DNA of 64,000 bases, taken from assembly GCF_009914755.1 (NCBI RefSeq), contig NC_060948.1. One strand, written 5' to 3'. Shown in pieces: positions 27,801 to 42,700 of the stretch. Each line of letters begins with the position of its first letter. Position 1 is the first letter of the stretch. Source of the stretch: the human T2T-CHM13v2.0 reference genome, Homo sapiens. Both the position numbers and the translations under genes were made by a program. The notes under the pieces are model-generated. The model was not told the DNA's origin. It saw nothing but the letters and a program-made list of their open reading frames with translations, and ran no database searches.

Positions 27801-30703
27801 AATAAAATCGACTCAGATAGAGTAGAATGTAATGGAATGGAGTGCAGTGCAATGGAATGGAATGGAATGGAATGCAATGGAATGGAATGGAATGGAATGG
27901 AATGGAATGGAATGGAACGGAATGGAATGGGATGGAATGGTATGGAATGGATAGTAATGGACTGGAGTGAAATGGACTGGAAAGGAATGGACTCAAATTG
28001 AAAGGGCTCGAAAGGAATGGAGTCAAATGGAATGGTCTGGAATGGAATGAACACGAATGTAATGCAACCCAATAGAATGGAATCGAATGGCATGGAATAT
28101 AAAGAAATGGAATCGAAGAGAATGGAAACAAATGGAATGGAATTGAATGGAATGGGAACGAATGGAGTGAAATTGTATGCAGTAGAAGAGAATAGAATGG
28201 AATGCAAGCGAAAGGAAAGGAATGGATTGGAATGGAATGGAATTCATTGGAATGGAAGGGAATGTAGTGTAATGGACAGGCCTGGAATAAAGTGGAATGC
28301 TACGGTCTCGAATGGAATAAAAATGTATGGAATGGAATGCAATGAAACGGAATCGAATGTCATAGAATGTAATGGAATGCAAAAAAATGGAATCCAAAAT
28401 CATTGACTGGAAAGGCTGGGTGTCGAAAGGAATTGACTCCAATGGAATGGAATCGAATGGAATGGAAGTGAATAGAATCGAACTAAATCGAATGGAATGG
28501 AATTGATAGGAACGGAATGGAAAGGAATGCAATGATTTGGCATGGAATGCAATCGAATGGCATCGAATGGAATGGAATGGAATGCAATGGAATGGAATGT
28601 ATTAGAATGTAATGAACTTTAATGGAATGTACTCGAATGGATTCGACTGGAATGGAATGTTCTGGAAGTGAATGGACTCCAATGGAATGGATTCCAAAGG
28701 AATGGAATCGTACGGAATGGAATCTAATGGAATGGAATTAAATGGAAATGAATCAAATTGAATAGCACGGAATTGAATTGAATGGAATCGAATGCAATGG
28801 AATCTAATGAAACGGAAAGGAAAGGAATGGAATGGAATGGAATGGGCTGGAATGGAAAGGAATCGAAACGAATGGAATGGAATCGAACTGAAGAGACTGG
28901 AATGGAATGCACTGGAATGGAAGGGAGTGTAATGGAAGGTTCTCGAAAAAAATGGAATCGAATGGAATGGAATTGAATGGAACGGAATAGATTCGAATGG
29001 AATTGAATGGAATGGAATGGACTAGAGTGAAATGGAATCGAACCACAAGGAATGGACAGGAATAGAATGGTCTCGAATTGAATGGAATCGTATGGAATGG
29101 CATCAAACGGAATGGAATGGACAGCCACGGAATGGAATGCACTCGAATGCAATGGAGTCGAAACTAACGGACTGGAATAGAATGGACTCGACTGGTACGG
29201 ACTCCAATGGAATGGAATCGAATGGAAGGGAATCGAACGGAAGGGAATCGAACGGAATGGACTCGAAGGGAAAAGACTGCAATGGAAAGGTCTCGAATGG
29301 AATGGAAATTAATGGAATGGAATGGAGTCGAATGAAATGGAGTCAAAAGGAATGGAATCGAATGGCAAGAAATCGAATGTAATGGAATCGCAAGGAATGG
29401 ATGTGAACGGAACGGAATGGAATGGAATCCAAAGGAATGGAATAGAATGGAATGGAATCGAATGGAAAGGACTCGAATGGAAATCACTCGAATAGAATGC
29501 AATTTAATAAAATAGGATCAAATGTAATGGAATGGAATGGAAAGGAATCGAAACGAAAGGAATGGAGACAGATGGAATGGAATGGAACAGAGAGCAATGG
29601 TATAGAATGGAATGGAATCATCTGGAATGGAATTGAATGGAATGGAATAATATGAAATGGAATGGAATGGAATGGAATGGAATGCCCTTGAATTAAATGG
29701 ACTGGAATGGAATGGACTCAAACAGAGTGGAATGGAAAGTGTGGAGATAGAATGGAATGAACTCCTTTGGAATGGTCTAGTAGGCAATGCAATCGACTGG
29801 CAGGGAATCAAAAGGAATGTAATCGAATGGATTGGACTGGAATGCAATGGACTCGAATAGATTGGAAACGGAATGCAAAGAATGGAATGGAATAGTATGG
29901 AATGGAATGGAAAGGAATGGAGTGGAACAGACTAGAGTGGAATGGAATGGACTGGAAAGCAATGGACTGGAATGGAACTTTCTTGAATGGACTGGAATCA
30001 AACGGAATGGAATGCAATGCAATCAAATGGCATGGAATAAAATAGAATGAAAGAGAATCAAATGGAATTGAATCGAATGGAATCGAATGGATTGGAAAGG
30101 AATAGAATGGAATGGAATGGAATTGACTCAAATGGAATGGACTAGAATGGAATGGATTCGAATGGAAGGCAAAGGAATGGAATCTATTGGAATGGACTGT
30201 AATGGAATGGAATGGAAGGGATTGGAATGGACTCGAATGGAATGGACTGCAATAGAAAGGATTCGAATGGAATGAAAAAGAATTGAATGGAATAGAACAG
30301 AATGGAATCAAATCGAATGAAATGGAATGGAATAGAAAGGAATGGAATGAAATGGAATGGAAAGGATTCGAATGGAATGCAATCGAATGGAATGGAATCG
30401 AACGGAATGGAATAAAATGGAAGAAAACTGGCAAGAAATGGAATCGAAATGAATGGAGTGTTATGGAACGGACTCAAAAGGAATTGAATGTAATAGAATG
30501 GAGTGGAGTGGACTCGAATATAATGGACTGGAATGGAATGAAATCACATGGAATGGGAACGAATGGAATGGAATGGAAAGGAATGGAATCGAATGGAAAG
30601 GAATCGAATGGAAGGGAATGAAATTGAATCAACAGGAATGGAAGGGAATAGAATAGACGGTAATGGAATGGACTCGAATAGAATGGACACGAATGCTCAA
30701 ATT

Positions 30704-33700
30704 GAATGGACTCGTATGGAATGGAAACGAAAGGAATGTCATCGAATGGAATTGAATCGATTGGAATGAAATCGCATAGAATGGAGTGGAATCAAATGGA
30801 ATTGAATCGAAAGGAAAGGAAGCGAATGGACTGAAATGAAATGGAATGGAATTGAATGGAAAGTAATGCAATGGAATAGAATGGAACGAAATTTCACGGA
30901 ATGGAATCAAACTGAATGGAATCAAATCAATGGAATCAAATCAAATGGAATGGAAAGGAATTGAATGGAGTAGATTGGATTGGATGGGATTGGAATGAAA
31001 TGTACTGGAAAGGACTCGAATTTCATGAAACGGAATGGAATGAATTGGAACGGAATGGACTCGAATGGAATGGAATGTCATGGAATGGCATCAAATGGAA
31101 TGGCATCAAATGGAATGGAATCGAATGCAATGGAATGCTATGGAATGGAATGGAATGCATTGGAATGGAATGTCCTCTAATGGAATGGATTCGAGTGGAA
31201 TGGAATCGAATATAATGGAGTCGAATGAAATGGAATTGAAAGGAATGGGATCGAATACAATGGAATATACTGGAATGTAATGTAATGAACTCGAATGTAA
31301 TTGACTGGAATGGAATGTACATGAATGGAATGTAATCGAATGGAAAGTAATCCAATGGAATAGAATCTAATGCAATAAAATCGACTCAGATAGAGTAGAA
31401 TGTAATGGAATGGAGTGCAGTGCAATGGAATGGAATGGAATGGAATGGAATGGAATGGAATGGAATGGAATGGAATGCAATGGAATGGAATGGAATGGAA
31501 TGGAATGGAATGGGATGGAATGGTATGGAATGGATAGTAATGGACTGGAATGAAATGGATTGGAAAAGAATGGAATCAAATTGAAAGGGCTCGAAAGGAA
31601 AGGAGTCAAATGGAATGGTCTGGAATGGAATGAACACGAATGTAATGCAATCCAATAGAATGGAATCGAATGGCATGGAATATAAAGAAATGGAATCGAA
31701 GAGAATGGAAACAAATGGAATGGAATTGAATGGAATGGAATTGAATGGAATGGGAACGAATGGAGTGAAATTGTATGCAGTAGAAGAGAATAGAATGGAA
31801 TGCAAGCGAAAGGAAAGGAATGGATTGCAATGGAATGGAATTCATTGGAATGGAAGGGAATGTAGTGTAATGGACAGGCCTGCAATAAAGTGGAATGCTA
31901 CGGTCTCGAATGGAATAAAAATGTATGGAATGGAATGCAATGAAACGGAATCGAATGTCATAGAATGTAATGGAATGCAAAAAAATGGAATCCAAAATCA
32001 TTGACTGGAAAGGCTGGGTGTCGAAAGGAATTGACTCCAATGGAATGGAATCGAATGGAATGGAAGTGAATAGAATCGAACTAAATCGAATGGAATGGAA
32101 TTGATAGGAACGGAATGGAAAGGAATGCAATGATTTGGCATGGAATGGAATCGAATGGCATCGAATGGAATGGAATGGAATGCAATGGAATGGAATGTAT
32201 TAGAATGTAATGAACATTAATGGAATGTACTCGAATGGATTCGACTGGAATGGAATGTTCCGGAATGGAATGGACTCCAATGGAATGGATTTGAAAGGAA
32301 TGGAATCGAACGGAATGGAATCTAATGGAATGGAATTAAATGGAAATGAATCAAATTGAATAGCACGGAATTGAATTGAATGGAATCGAATGCAATGGAA
32401 TCTAATGAAACGGAAAGGAAAGGAATGGAATGGAATGGAATGGGCTGGAATGGAAAGGAATCGAAACGAATGGAATGGAATCGAACTGAAGAGACTGGAA
32501 TGGAATGCACTGGAATGGAAGGGAGTGTAATGGAAGGTTCTCGAAAATAATGGAAGCAAATGGAATGGAATTGAATGGAACGGAATAGAGTCGAATGGAA
32601 TTGAATGGAATGGAATGGACTAGAGTGAAATGGAATCGAACCACAAGGAATGGACAGGAATAGAATGGTCTCGAATTGAATGGAATCGTATGGAATGGCA
32701 TCAAACGGAATGGAATGGACAGCCACGGAATGGAATGCACTCGAATGCAATGGAGTCGAAACTAATGGACTGGAATAGAATGGACTCGACTGGTACGGAC
32801 TCCAATGGAATGGAATCGAATGGAAGGGAATCGAACGGAATGGACTCGAAGGGAAAAGACTGCAATGGAAAGGTCTCGAATGGAATGGAAATTAATGGAA
32901 TGGAATGGAATCGAATGAAATGGAGTCAAAAGGAATGGAATCGAATGGCAAGAAATCGAATGTAATGGAATCGCAAGGAATTGATGTGAACGGAACGGAA
33001 TGGAATGGAATCCAAAGGAATGGAATAGAATGGAATGGAATCGAATGGAAAGGACTCGAATGGAAATCACTCGAATAGAATGCAATTTAATAAAATAGGA
33101 TCAAATGTAATGGAATGGAATGGAAAGGAATCGAAACGAAAGGAATGGAGACAGATGGAATGGAATGGAACAGAGAGCAATGGTATAGAATGGAATGGAA
33201 TCATCTGGAATGGAATTGAATGGAATGGAATAATATGAAATGGAATGGAATGGAATGGAATGGAATGCCCTTGAATTAAATGGACTGGACTCGAACAGAG
33301 TGGAATGGAAAGTGTTGAGATAGAATGGAATGGACTCCTTTGGAATGGTGTAGTATGCAATGCAATCGACTGGCATGGAATCAAAAGGAATGTAATGGAA
33401 TGGATTGGAATGGAATGCAATGGACTCGAATAGATTGGAAACGGAATGCAAAGGAATGGAATGGAATAGTATGGAATTTAATGGAAAGGAATGGAGTGGA
33501 ATAGACTAGAGTGGAATGGAATGGACTGGAAAGCAATGGACTGGAATGGAACTTTCTTGAATGGACTGGAATCAAACGGAATGGAATGCAATGCAATCAA
33601 ATGGCATGGAATAAAATAGAATGAAAGAGAATCAAATGGAATTGAATCGAATGGAATCGAATGGATTGGAAAGGAATAGAATGGAATGGAATGGAATGGA

Positions 33701-36700
33701 CTCAAATGGAATGGACTAGAATGGAATGGATTCGAATGGAAGGCAAAGGAATGGAATCTATTGGAATGGACTGTAATGGAATGGAATGGAAGGGATTGGA
33801 ATGGACTCGAATGGAATGGACTGCAATAGAAAGGATTCGAATGGAATGAAAAAGAATTGAATGGAATAGAACAGAATGGAATCAAATCGAATGAAATGGA
33901 ATGGAATAGAAAGGAATGGAATGAAATGGAATGGAAAGAATTCGAATGGAATGCAATCGAATGGAATGGAGTCGAACGGAATGGAATAAAATGGAAGAAA
34001 ACAGGCAAGAAATGGAATCGAAAGGAATGGAGTGTTATGGAACGGACTCAAAAGGAATTGAATGTAATAGAATGGAGTGGAGTGGACTCGAATATAATGG
34101 ACTGGAATGGAATGAAATCACATGGAATGGGAACGAATGGAATGGAATGGAAAGGAATGGAATCGAATGGAAAGGAATCGAATGGAAGGGAATGAAATTG
34201 AATCAACAGGAATGGAAGGGAATAGAATAGACGGTAATGGAATGGACTCGAATAGAATGGACACGAATGCTCAAATTGAATGGACTCGAATGGAATGGAA
34301 ACGAAAGGAATGTCATCGAATGGAATTGAATCGATTGGAATGAAATCGCATAGAATGGAGTGGAATCAAATGGAATTGAATCGAAAGGAAAGGAAGCGAA
34401 TGGACTGAAATGAAATGGAATGGAATTGAATGGAAAGTAATGCAATGGAATAGAATGGAACGAAATTTCACGGAATGGAATCAAACTGAATGGAATCAAA
34501 TCAATGGAATCAAATCAAATGGAATGGAAAGGAATTGAATGGAGTAGATTGGATTGGATGGGATTGGAATGAAATGTACTGGAAAGGACTCGAATTTCAT
34601 GAAACGGAATGGAATGAATTGGAACGGAATGGACTCGAATGGAATGGAATGTCATGGAATGGCATCAAATGGAATGGCATCAAATGGAATGGAATCGAAT
34701 GCAATGGAATGCTATGGAATGGAATGGAATGCATTGGAATGGAATGTCCTCTAATGGAATGGATTCGAGTGGAATGGAATCGAATATAATGGAGTCGAAT
34801 GAAATGGAATTGAAAGGAATGGGATCGAATACAATGGAATATACTGGAATGTAATGTAATGAACTCGAATGTAATTGACTGGAATGGAATGTACATGAAT
34901 GGAATGTAATCGAATGGAAAGTAATCCAATGGAATAGAATCTAATGCAATAAAATCGACTCAGATAGAGTAGAATGTAATGGAATGGAGTGCAGTGCAAT
35001 GGAATGGAATGGAATGGAATGCAATGGAATGGAATGGAATGGAATGGAATGGAATGGGATGGAATGGTATGGAATGGATAGTAATGGACTGGAGTGAAAT
35101 GGACTGGAAAGGAATGGACTCAAATTGAAAGGGCTCGAAAGGAATGGAGTCAAATGGAATGGTCTGGAATGGAATGAACACGAATGTAATGCAATCCAAT
35201 AGAATGGAATCGAATGGCATGGAATATAAAGAAATGGAATCGAAGAGAATGGAAACAAATGGAATGGAATTGAATGGAATGGAATTGAATGGAATGGGAA
35301 CGAATGGAGTGAAATTGTATGCAGTAGAAGGGAATAGAATGGAATGCAAGCGAAAGGAAAGGAATGGATTGGAATGGAATGGAATTCATTGGAATGGAAG
35401 GGAATGTAGTGTAATGGACAGGCCTGGAATAAAGTGGAATGCTACGGTCTCGAATGGAATAAAAATGTATGGAATGGAATGCAATGAAACGGAATCGAAT
35501 GTCATAGAATGTAATGGAATGCAAAAAAATGGAATCCAAAATCATTGACTGGAAAGGCTGGGTGTCGAAAGGATTTGACTCCAATGGAATGGAATCGAAT
35601 GGAATGGAAGTGAATAGAATCGAACTAAATCGAATGGAATGGAATTGATAGGAACGGAATGGAAAGGAATGCAATGATTTGGCATGGAATGGAATCGAAT
35701 GGCATCGAATGGAATGGAATGGAATGCAATGGAATGGAATGTATTAGAATGTAATGAACTTTAATGGAATGTACTCGAATGGATTCGACTGGAATGGAAT
35801 GTTCTGGAAGTGAATGGACTCCAATGGAATGGATTCAAAAGGAATGGAATCGTACGGAATGGAATCTAATGGAATGGAATTAAATGGAAATGAATCAAAT
35901 TGAATAGCACGGAATTGAATTGAATGGAATGGAATGCAATGGAATCTAATGAAACGGAAAGGAAAGGAATGGAATGGAATGGAATGGGCTGGAATGGAAA
36001 GGAATCGAAACGAATGGAATGGAATCGAACTGAAGAGACTGGAATGGAATGCACTGGAATGGAAGGGAGTGTAATGGAAGGTTCTCGAAAAAAATGGAAT
36101 GGAATGGAATGGAATTGAATGGAACGGAATAGAGTCGAATGGAATTGAATGGAATGGAATGGACTAGAGTGAAATGGAATCGAACCACAAGGAATGGACA
36201 GGAATAGAATGGTCTCGAATTGAATGGAATCGTATGGAATGGCATCAAACGGAATGGAATGGACAGCCACGGAATGGAATGCACTCGAATGCAATGGAGT
36301 CGAAACTAATGGACTGGAATAGAATGGACTCGACTGGTACGGACTCCAATGGAATGGAATCGAATGGAAGGGAATCGAACGGAATGGACTCGAAGGGAAA
36401 AGACTGCAATGGAAAGGTCTCGAATGGAATGGAAATTAATGGAATGGAATGGAATCGAATGAAATGGAGTCAAAAGGAATGGAATCGAATGGCAAGAAAT
36501 CGAATGTAATGGAATCGCAAGGAATTGATGTGAACGGAACGGAATGGAATGGAATCCAAAGGAATGGAATAGAATGGAATGGAATCGAATGGAAAGGACT
36601 CGAATGGAAATCACTCGAATAGAATGCAATTTAATAAAATAGGATCAAATGTAATGGAATGGAATGGAAAGGAATCGAAACGAAAGGAATGGAGACAGAT

Positions 36701-39700
36701 GGAATGGAATGGAACAGAGAGCAATGGTATAGAATGGAATGGAATCATCTGGAAAGGAATTGAATGGAATGGAATAATATGAAATGGAATGGAATGGAAT
36801 GGAATGGAATGCCCTTGAATTAAATGGACTGGAATGGAATGGACTCGAACAGAGTGGAATGGAAAGTGTTGAGATAGAATGGAATGGACTCCTTTGGAAT
36901 GGTGTAGTATGCAATGCAATCGACTGGCAGGGAATCAAAAGGAATGTAATGGAATGGATTGGACTGGAATGCAATGGACTCGAATAGATTGCAAACGGAA
37001 TGCAAAGGAATGGAATGGAATAGTATGGAATGGAATGGAAAGGAATGGAGTGGAATAGACTAGAGTGGAATGGAATGGACTGGAAAGAAATGGACTGGAA
37101 TGGAACTTTCTTGAATGGACTGGAATCAAACGGAATGGAATGTAATGCAATCAAATGGCATGCAATAAAATAGAATGAAAGAGAATCAAATGGAATTGAA
37201 TCGAATGGAATCGAATGGATTGGAAAGGAATAGAATGGAATGGAATGGAATTGACTCAAATGGAATGGACTAGAATGGAATGGATTCGAATGGAAGGCAA
37301 AGGAATGGAATCTATTGGAATGGACTGTAATGGAATGGAATGGAAGGGATTGGAATGGACTCGAATGGAATGGACTGCAATAGAAAGGATTCGAATGGAA
37401 TGAAAAAGAATTGAATGGAATAGAACAGAATGGAATCAAATCGAATGAAATGGAATGGAATAGAAAGGAATGGAATGAAATGGAATGGAAAGGATTCGAA
37501 TGGAATGCAATCGAATGGAATGGAGTCGAACGGAATGGAATAAAATGGAAGAAAACTGGCAAGAAATGGAATCGAAATGAATGGAGTGTTATGGAACGGA
37601 CTCAAAAGGAATTGAATGTAATAGAATGGAGTGGAGTGGACTCGAATATAATGGACTGGAATGGAATGAAATCACATGGAATGGGAACGAATGGAATGGA
37701 ATGGAAAGGAATGGAATCGAATGGAAAGGAATCGAATGGAAGGGAATGAAATTGAATCAACAGGAATGGAAGGGAATAGAATAGACGGTAATGGAATGGA
37801 CTCGAATAGAATGGACACGAATGCTCAAATTGAATGGACTCGAATGGAATGGAAACGAAAGGAATGTCATCGAATGGAATTGAATCGATTGGAATGAAAT
37901 CGCATAGAATGGAGTGGAATCAAATGGAATTGAATCGAAAGGAAAGGAAGCGAATGGACTGAAATGAAATGGAATGGAATTGAATGGAAAGTAATGCAAT
38001 GGAATAGAATGGAACGAAATTTCACGGAATGGAATCAAACTGAATGGAATCAAATCAATGGAATCTAATCAAATGGAATGGAAAGGAATTGAATGGAGTA
38101 GATTGGATTGGATGGGATTGGAATGAAATGTACTGGAAAGGACTCGAATTTCATGAAACGGAATGGAATGAATTGGAACGGAATGGACTCGAATGGAATG
38201 GAATGTCATGGAATGGCATCAAATGGAATGGCATCAAATGGAATGGAATCGAATGCAATGGAATGCTATGGAATGGAATGGAATGCATTGGAATGGAATG
38301 TCCTCTAATGGAATGGATTCGAGTGGAATGGAATCGAATATAATGGAGTCGAATGAAATGGAATTGAAAGGAATGGGATCGAATACAATGGAATATACTG
38401 GAATGTAATGTAATGAACTCGAATGTAATTGACTGGAATGGAATGTACATGAATGGAATGTAATCGAATGGAAAGTAATCCAATGGAATAGAATCTAATG
38501 CAATAAAATCGACTCAGATAGAGTAGAATGTAATGGAATGGAGTGCAGTGCAATGGAATGGAATGGAATGGAATGCAATGGAATGGAATGGAATGGAATG
38601 GAATGGAATGGGATGGAATGGTATGGAATGGATAGTAATGGACTGGAGTGAAATGGACTGGAAAGGAATGGACTCAAATTGAAAGGGCTCGAAAGGAATG
38701 GAGTCAAATGGAATGGTCTGGAATGGAATGAACACGAATGTAATGCAATCCAATAGAATGGAGTCGAATGGCATGGAATATAAAGAAATGGAATCGAAGA
38801 GAATGGAAACAAATGGAATGGAATTGAATGGAATGGAATTGAATGGAATGGGAACGAATGGAGTGAAATTGTATGCAGTAGAAGGGAATAGAATGGAATG
38901 CAAGCGAAAGGAAAGGAATGGATTGGAATGGAATGGAATTCATTGGAATGGAAGGGAATGTAGTGTAATGGACAGGCCTGGAATAAAGTGGAATGCTACG
39001 GTCTCGAATGGAATAAAAATGTATGGAATGGAATGCAATGAAACGGAATCGAATGTCATAGAATGTAATGGAATGCAAAAAAATGGAATCCAAAATCATT
39101 GACTGGAAAGGCTGGGTGTCGAAAGGAATTGACTCCAATGGAATGGAATCGAATGGAATGGAAGTGAATAGAATCGAACTAAATCGAATGGAATGGAATT
39201 GATAGGAACGGAATGGAAAGGAATGCAATGATTTGGCATGGAATGGAATCGAATGGCATCGAATGGAATGGAATGGAATGCAATGGAATGGAATGTATTA
39301 GAATGTAATGAACTTTAATGGAATGTACTCGAATGGATTCGACTGGAATGGAATGTTCTGGAAGTGAATGGACTCCAATGGAATGGATTCAAAAGGAATG
39401 GAATCGTACGGAATGGAATCTAATGGAATGGAATTAAATGGAAATGAATCAAATTGAATAGCACGGAATTGAATTGAATGGAATGGAATGCAATGGAACC
39501 TAATGAAACGGAAAGGAAAGGAATGGAATGGAATGGAATGGGCTGGAATGGAAAGGAATCGAAACGAATGGAATGGAATCGAACTGAAGAGACTGGAATG
39601 GAATGCACTGGAATGGAAGGGAGTGTAATGGAAGGTTCTCGAAAAAAATGGAATCGAATGGAATGGAATTGAATGGAACGGAATAGAGTCGAATGGAATT

Positions 39701-42700
39701 GAATGGAATGGAATGGACTAGAGTGAAATGGAATCGAACCACAAGGAATGGACAGGAATAGAATGGTCTCGAATTGAATGGGATCGTATGGAATGGCATC
39801 AAACGGAATGGAATGGACAGCCACGGAATGGAATGCACTCGAATGCAATGGAGTCGAAACTAATGGACTGGAATAGAATGGACTCGACTGGTACGGACTC
39901 CAATGGAATGGAATCGAATGGAAGGGAATCGAACGGAATGGACTCGAAGGGAAAAGACTGCAATGGAAAGGTCTCGAATGGAATGGAAATTAATGGAATG
40001 GAATGGAATCGAATGAAATGGAGTCAAAAGGAATGGAATCGAATGGCAAGAAATCGAATGTAATGGAATCGCAAGGAATTGATGTGAACGGAACGGAATG
40101 GAATGGAATCCAAAGGAATGGAATAGAATGGAATGGAATCGAATGGAAAGGACTCGAATGGAAATCACTCGAATAGAATGCAATTTAATAAAATAGGATC
40201 AAATGTAATGGAATGGAATGGAAAGGAATCGAAACGAAAGGAATGGAGACAGATGGAATGGAATGGAACAGAGAGCAATGGTATAGAATGGAATGGAATC
40301 ATCTGGAATGGAATTGAATGGAATGGAATAATATGAAATGGAATGGAATGGAATGGAATGGAATGCCCTTGAATTAAATGGACTGGAATGGAATGGACTC
40401 GAACAGAGTGGAATGGAAAGTGTTGAGATAGAATGGAATGGACTCCTTTGGAATGGTGTAGTATGCAATGCAATCGACTGGCAGGGAATCAAAAGGAATG
40501 TAATCGAATGGACTGGACTGGAATGCAATGGACTCGAATAGATTGGAAACGGAATGCAAAGGAATGGAATGGAATAGTATGGAATGGAATGGAAAGGAAT
40601 GGAGTGGAATAGACTAGAGTGGAATGGAATGGACTGGAAAGCAATGGACTGGAATGGAACTTTCTTGAATGGACTGGAATCAAACGGAATGGAATGCAAT
40701 GCAATCAAATGGCATGGAATAAAATAGAATGAAAGAGAATCGAATGGAATTGAATCGAATGGAATCGAATGGATTGGAAAGGAATAGAATGGAATGGAAT
40801 GGAATGGACTCAAATGGAATGGACTAGAATGGAATGGATTCGAATGGAAGGCAAAGGAATGGAATCTATTGGAATGGACTGTAATGGAATGGAATGGAAG
40901 GGATTGGAATGGACTCGAATGGAATGGACTGCAATAGAAAGGATTCGAATGGAATGAAAAAGAATTGAATGGAATAGAACAGAATGGAATCAAATCGAAT
41001 GAAATGGAATGGAATAGAAAGGAATGGAATGAAATGGAATGGAAAGGATTCGAATGGAATGCAATCGAATGGAATGGAATCGAACGGAATGGAATAAAAT
41101 GGAAGAAAACTGGCAAGAAATGGAATCGAAATGAATGGAGTGTTATGGAACGGACTCAAAAGGAATTGAATGTAATAGAATGGAGTGGAGTGGACTCGAA
41201 TATAATGGACTGGAATGGAATGAAATCACATGGAATGGGAACGAATGGAATGGAATGGAAAGGAATGGAATCGAATGGAAAGGAATCGAATGGAAGGGAA
41301 TGAAATTGAATCAACAGGAATGGAAGGGAATAGAATAGACGGTAATGGAATGGACTCGAATAGAATGGACACGAATGCTCAAATTCAATGGACTCGAATG
41401 GAATGGAAACGAAAGGAATGTCATCGAATGGAATTGAATCGATTGGAATGAAATCGCATAGAATGGAGTGGAATCAAATGGAATTGAATCGAAAGGAAAG
41501 GAAGCGAATGGACTGAAATGAAATGGAATGGAATTGAATGGAAAGTAATGCAATGGAATAGAATGGAACGAAATTTCACGGAATGGAATCAAACTGAATG
41601 GAATCAAATCAATGGAATCAAATCAAATGGAATGGAAAGGAATTGAATGGAGTAGATTGGATTGGATGGGATTGGAATGAAATGTACTGGAAAGGACTCG
41701 AATTTCATGAAACGGAATGGAATGAATTGGAACGGAATGGACTCGAATGGAATGGAATGTCATGGAATGGCATCAAATGGAATGGCATCAAATGGAATGG
41801 AATCGAATGCAATGGAATGCTATGGAATGGAATGGAATGCATTGGAATGGAATGTCCTCTAATGGAATGGATTCGAGTGGAATGGAATCGAATATAATGG
41901 AGTCGAATGAAATGGAATTGAAAGGAATGGGATCGAATACAATGGAATATACTGGAATGTAATGTAATGAACTCGAATGTAATTGACTGGAATGGAATGT
42001 ACATGAATGGAATGTAATCGAATGGAAAGTAATCCAATGGAATAGAATCTAATGCAATAAAATCGACTCAGATAGAGTAGAATGTAATGGAATGGAGTGC
42101 AGTGCAATGGAATGGAATGGAATGGAATGCAATGGAATGGAATGGAATGGAATGGAATGGAATGGGATGGAATGGTATGGAATGGATAGTAATGGACTGG
42201 AGTGAAATGGACTGGAAAGGAATGGACTCAAATTGAAAGGGCTCGAAAGGAATGGAGTCAAATGGAATGGTCTGGAATGGAATGAACACGAATGTAATGC
42301 AATCCAATAGAATGGAATCGAATGGCATGGAATATAAAGAAATGGAATCGAAGAGAATGGAAACAAATGGAATGGAATTGAATGGAATGGAATTGAATGG
42401 AATGGGAACGAATGGAGTGAAATTGTATGCAGTAGAAGGGAATAGAATGGAATGCAAGCGAAAGGAAAGGAATGGATTGGAATGGAATGGAATTCATTGG
42501 AATGGAAGGGAATGTAGTGTAATGGACAGGCCTGGAATAAAGTGGAATGCTACGGTCTCGAATGGAATAAAAATGTATGGAATGGAATGCAATGAAACGG
42601 AATCGAATGTCATAGAATGTAATGGAATGCAAAAAAATGGAATCCAAAATCATTGACTGGAAAGGCTGGGTGTCGAAAGGAATTGACTCCAATGGAATGG

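Noticed and set aside
36645-37562. 305-aa minus-strand ORF retained at identical length in most right-block monomers and at 941-1858
   Set aside because: Retention reflects recent monomer identity and the stop-poor CATTC strand. It is truncated or frameshifted in left-block monomers, is low-complexity, and has no recognisable domain.
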